A DNA stretch of 64,000 nucleotides from Mobula hypostoma (Eukaryota), in assembly GCF_963921235.1 (NCBI RefSeq), contig NC_086097.1, forward strand, positions 59,832,001-59,896,000, in the 5' to 3' direction. Shown here piece after piece: positions 63,871 to 64,000 of this stretch. Position 1 is the stretch's first letter. Each line of letters starts with the position of its first letter. Under the pieces are notes generated by a model, which did no database searches, was not told the DNA's origin, and saw nothing but the letters and a program-made list of their open reading frames with translations. The position numbers and the translations under genes were made by a program.

Positions 63871-64000
63871 TCTGTGTACTACTAAAACTCTCATGTTCTG
63901 CTTGTCTGTTTGTGATCTCCAATTAGCGCAAACTGTGCATTACAAGGGCACTATTTTTGGCTAAATTGACTTAAAATGCGCTAACTTACAGAATGCAGGC
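63871..64000 (+). mobile_element. 5' end of another Helitron of the same family (runs off the window)
   Basis: A|TCTGTGTACTACTAAAACTCTCATG..gacttaaaatgcgctaacttacagaatgca, matching the minus strand of 35010-35136. Confidence 0.8.

Overview
Eukaryotic, intron-like DNA made almost entirely of degenerate transposable elements, with one 200-N scaffold gap (16313-16512). The repeat repertoire (esterase-ORF1 CR1 LINEs, Rex1/Babar LINEs, Penelope elements, tRNA-headed SINEs) suggests a vertebrate, probably a cartilaginous fish; this is inference. No element has an intact full-length ORF. Main results: (1) 1-7147 is a 3.5-kb-armed fold-back palindrome in a CR1. Its apex sequence reappears exactly after the gap, and flanking sequence indicates that 3561-16312 is inverted, probably an assembly artefact. 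(2) Two unrelated short non-coding retroelements start with HDV-like self-cleaving ribozyme folds sharing the P1 strand GGGGUGU (1010-1191, 58400-58571). (3) Several Penelope-type minimal hammerhead motifs occur, one in a TSD-flanked inverted pair. (4) An old Gypsy element is split by nested CR1, Penelope, hAT, Gypsy and pogo-like insertions. (5) An internally deleted Helitron carries Pif1 and an inverted copy of its own 5' end. (6) A 5.2-kb tandem duplication has a chimeric SINE-like copy at its junction. (7) Four phase-compatible + strand exons (50937-63046) encode an unidentified, possibly RGS-like, host protein segment. I cannot demonstrate a wholly new biological system; the ribozyme-headed non-autonomous elements are the best candidate. 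All family calls come from reading motifs by eye, without database searches, and many boundaries are approximate.
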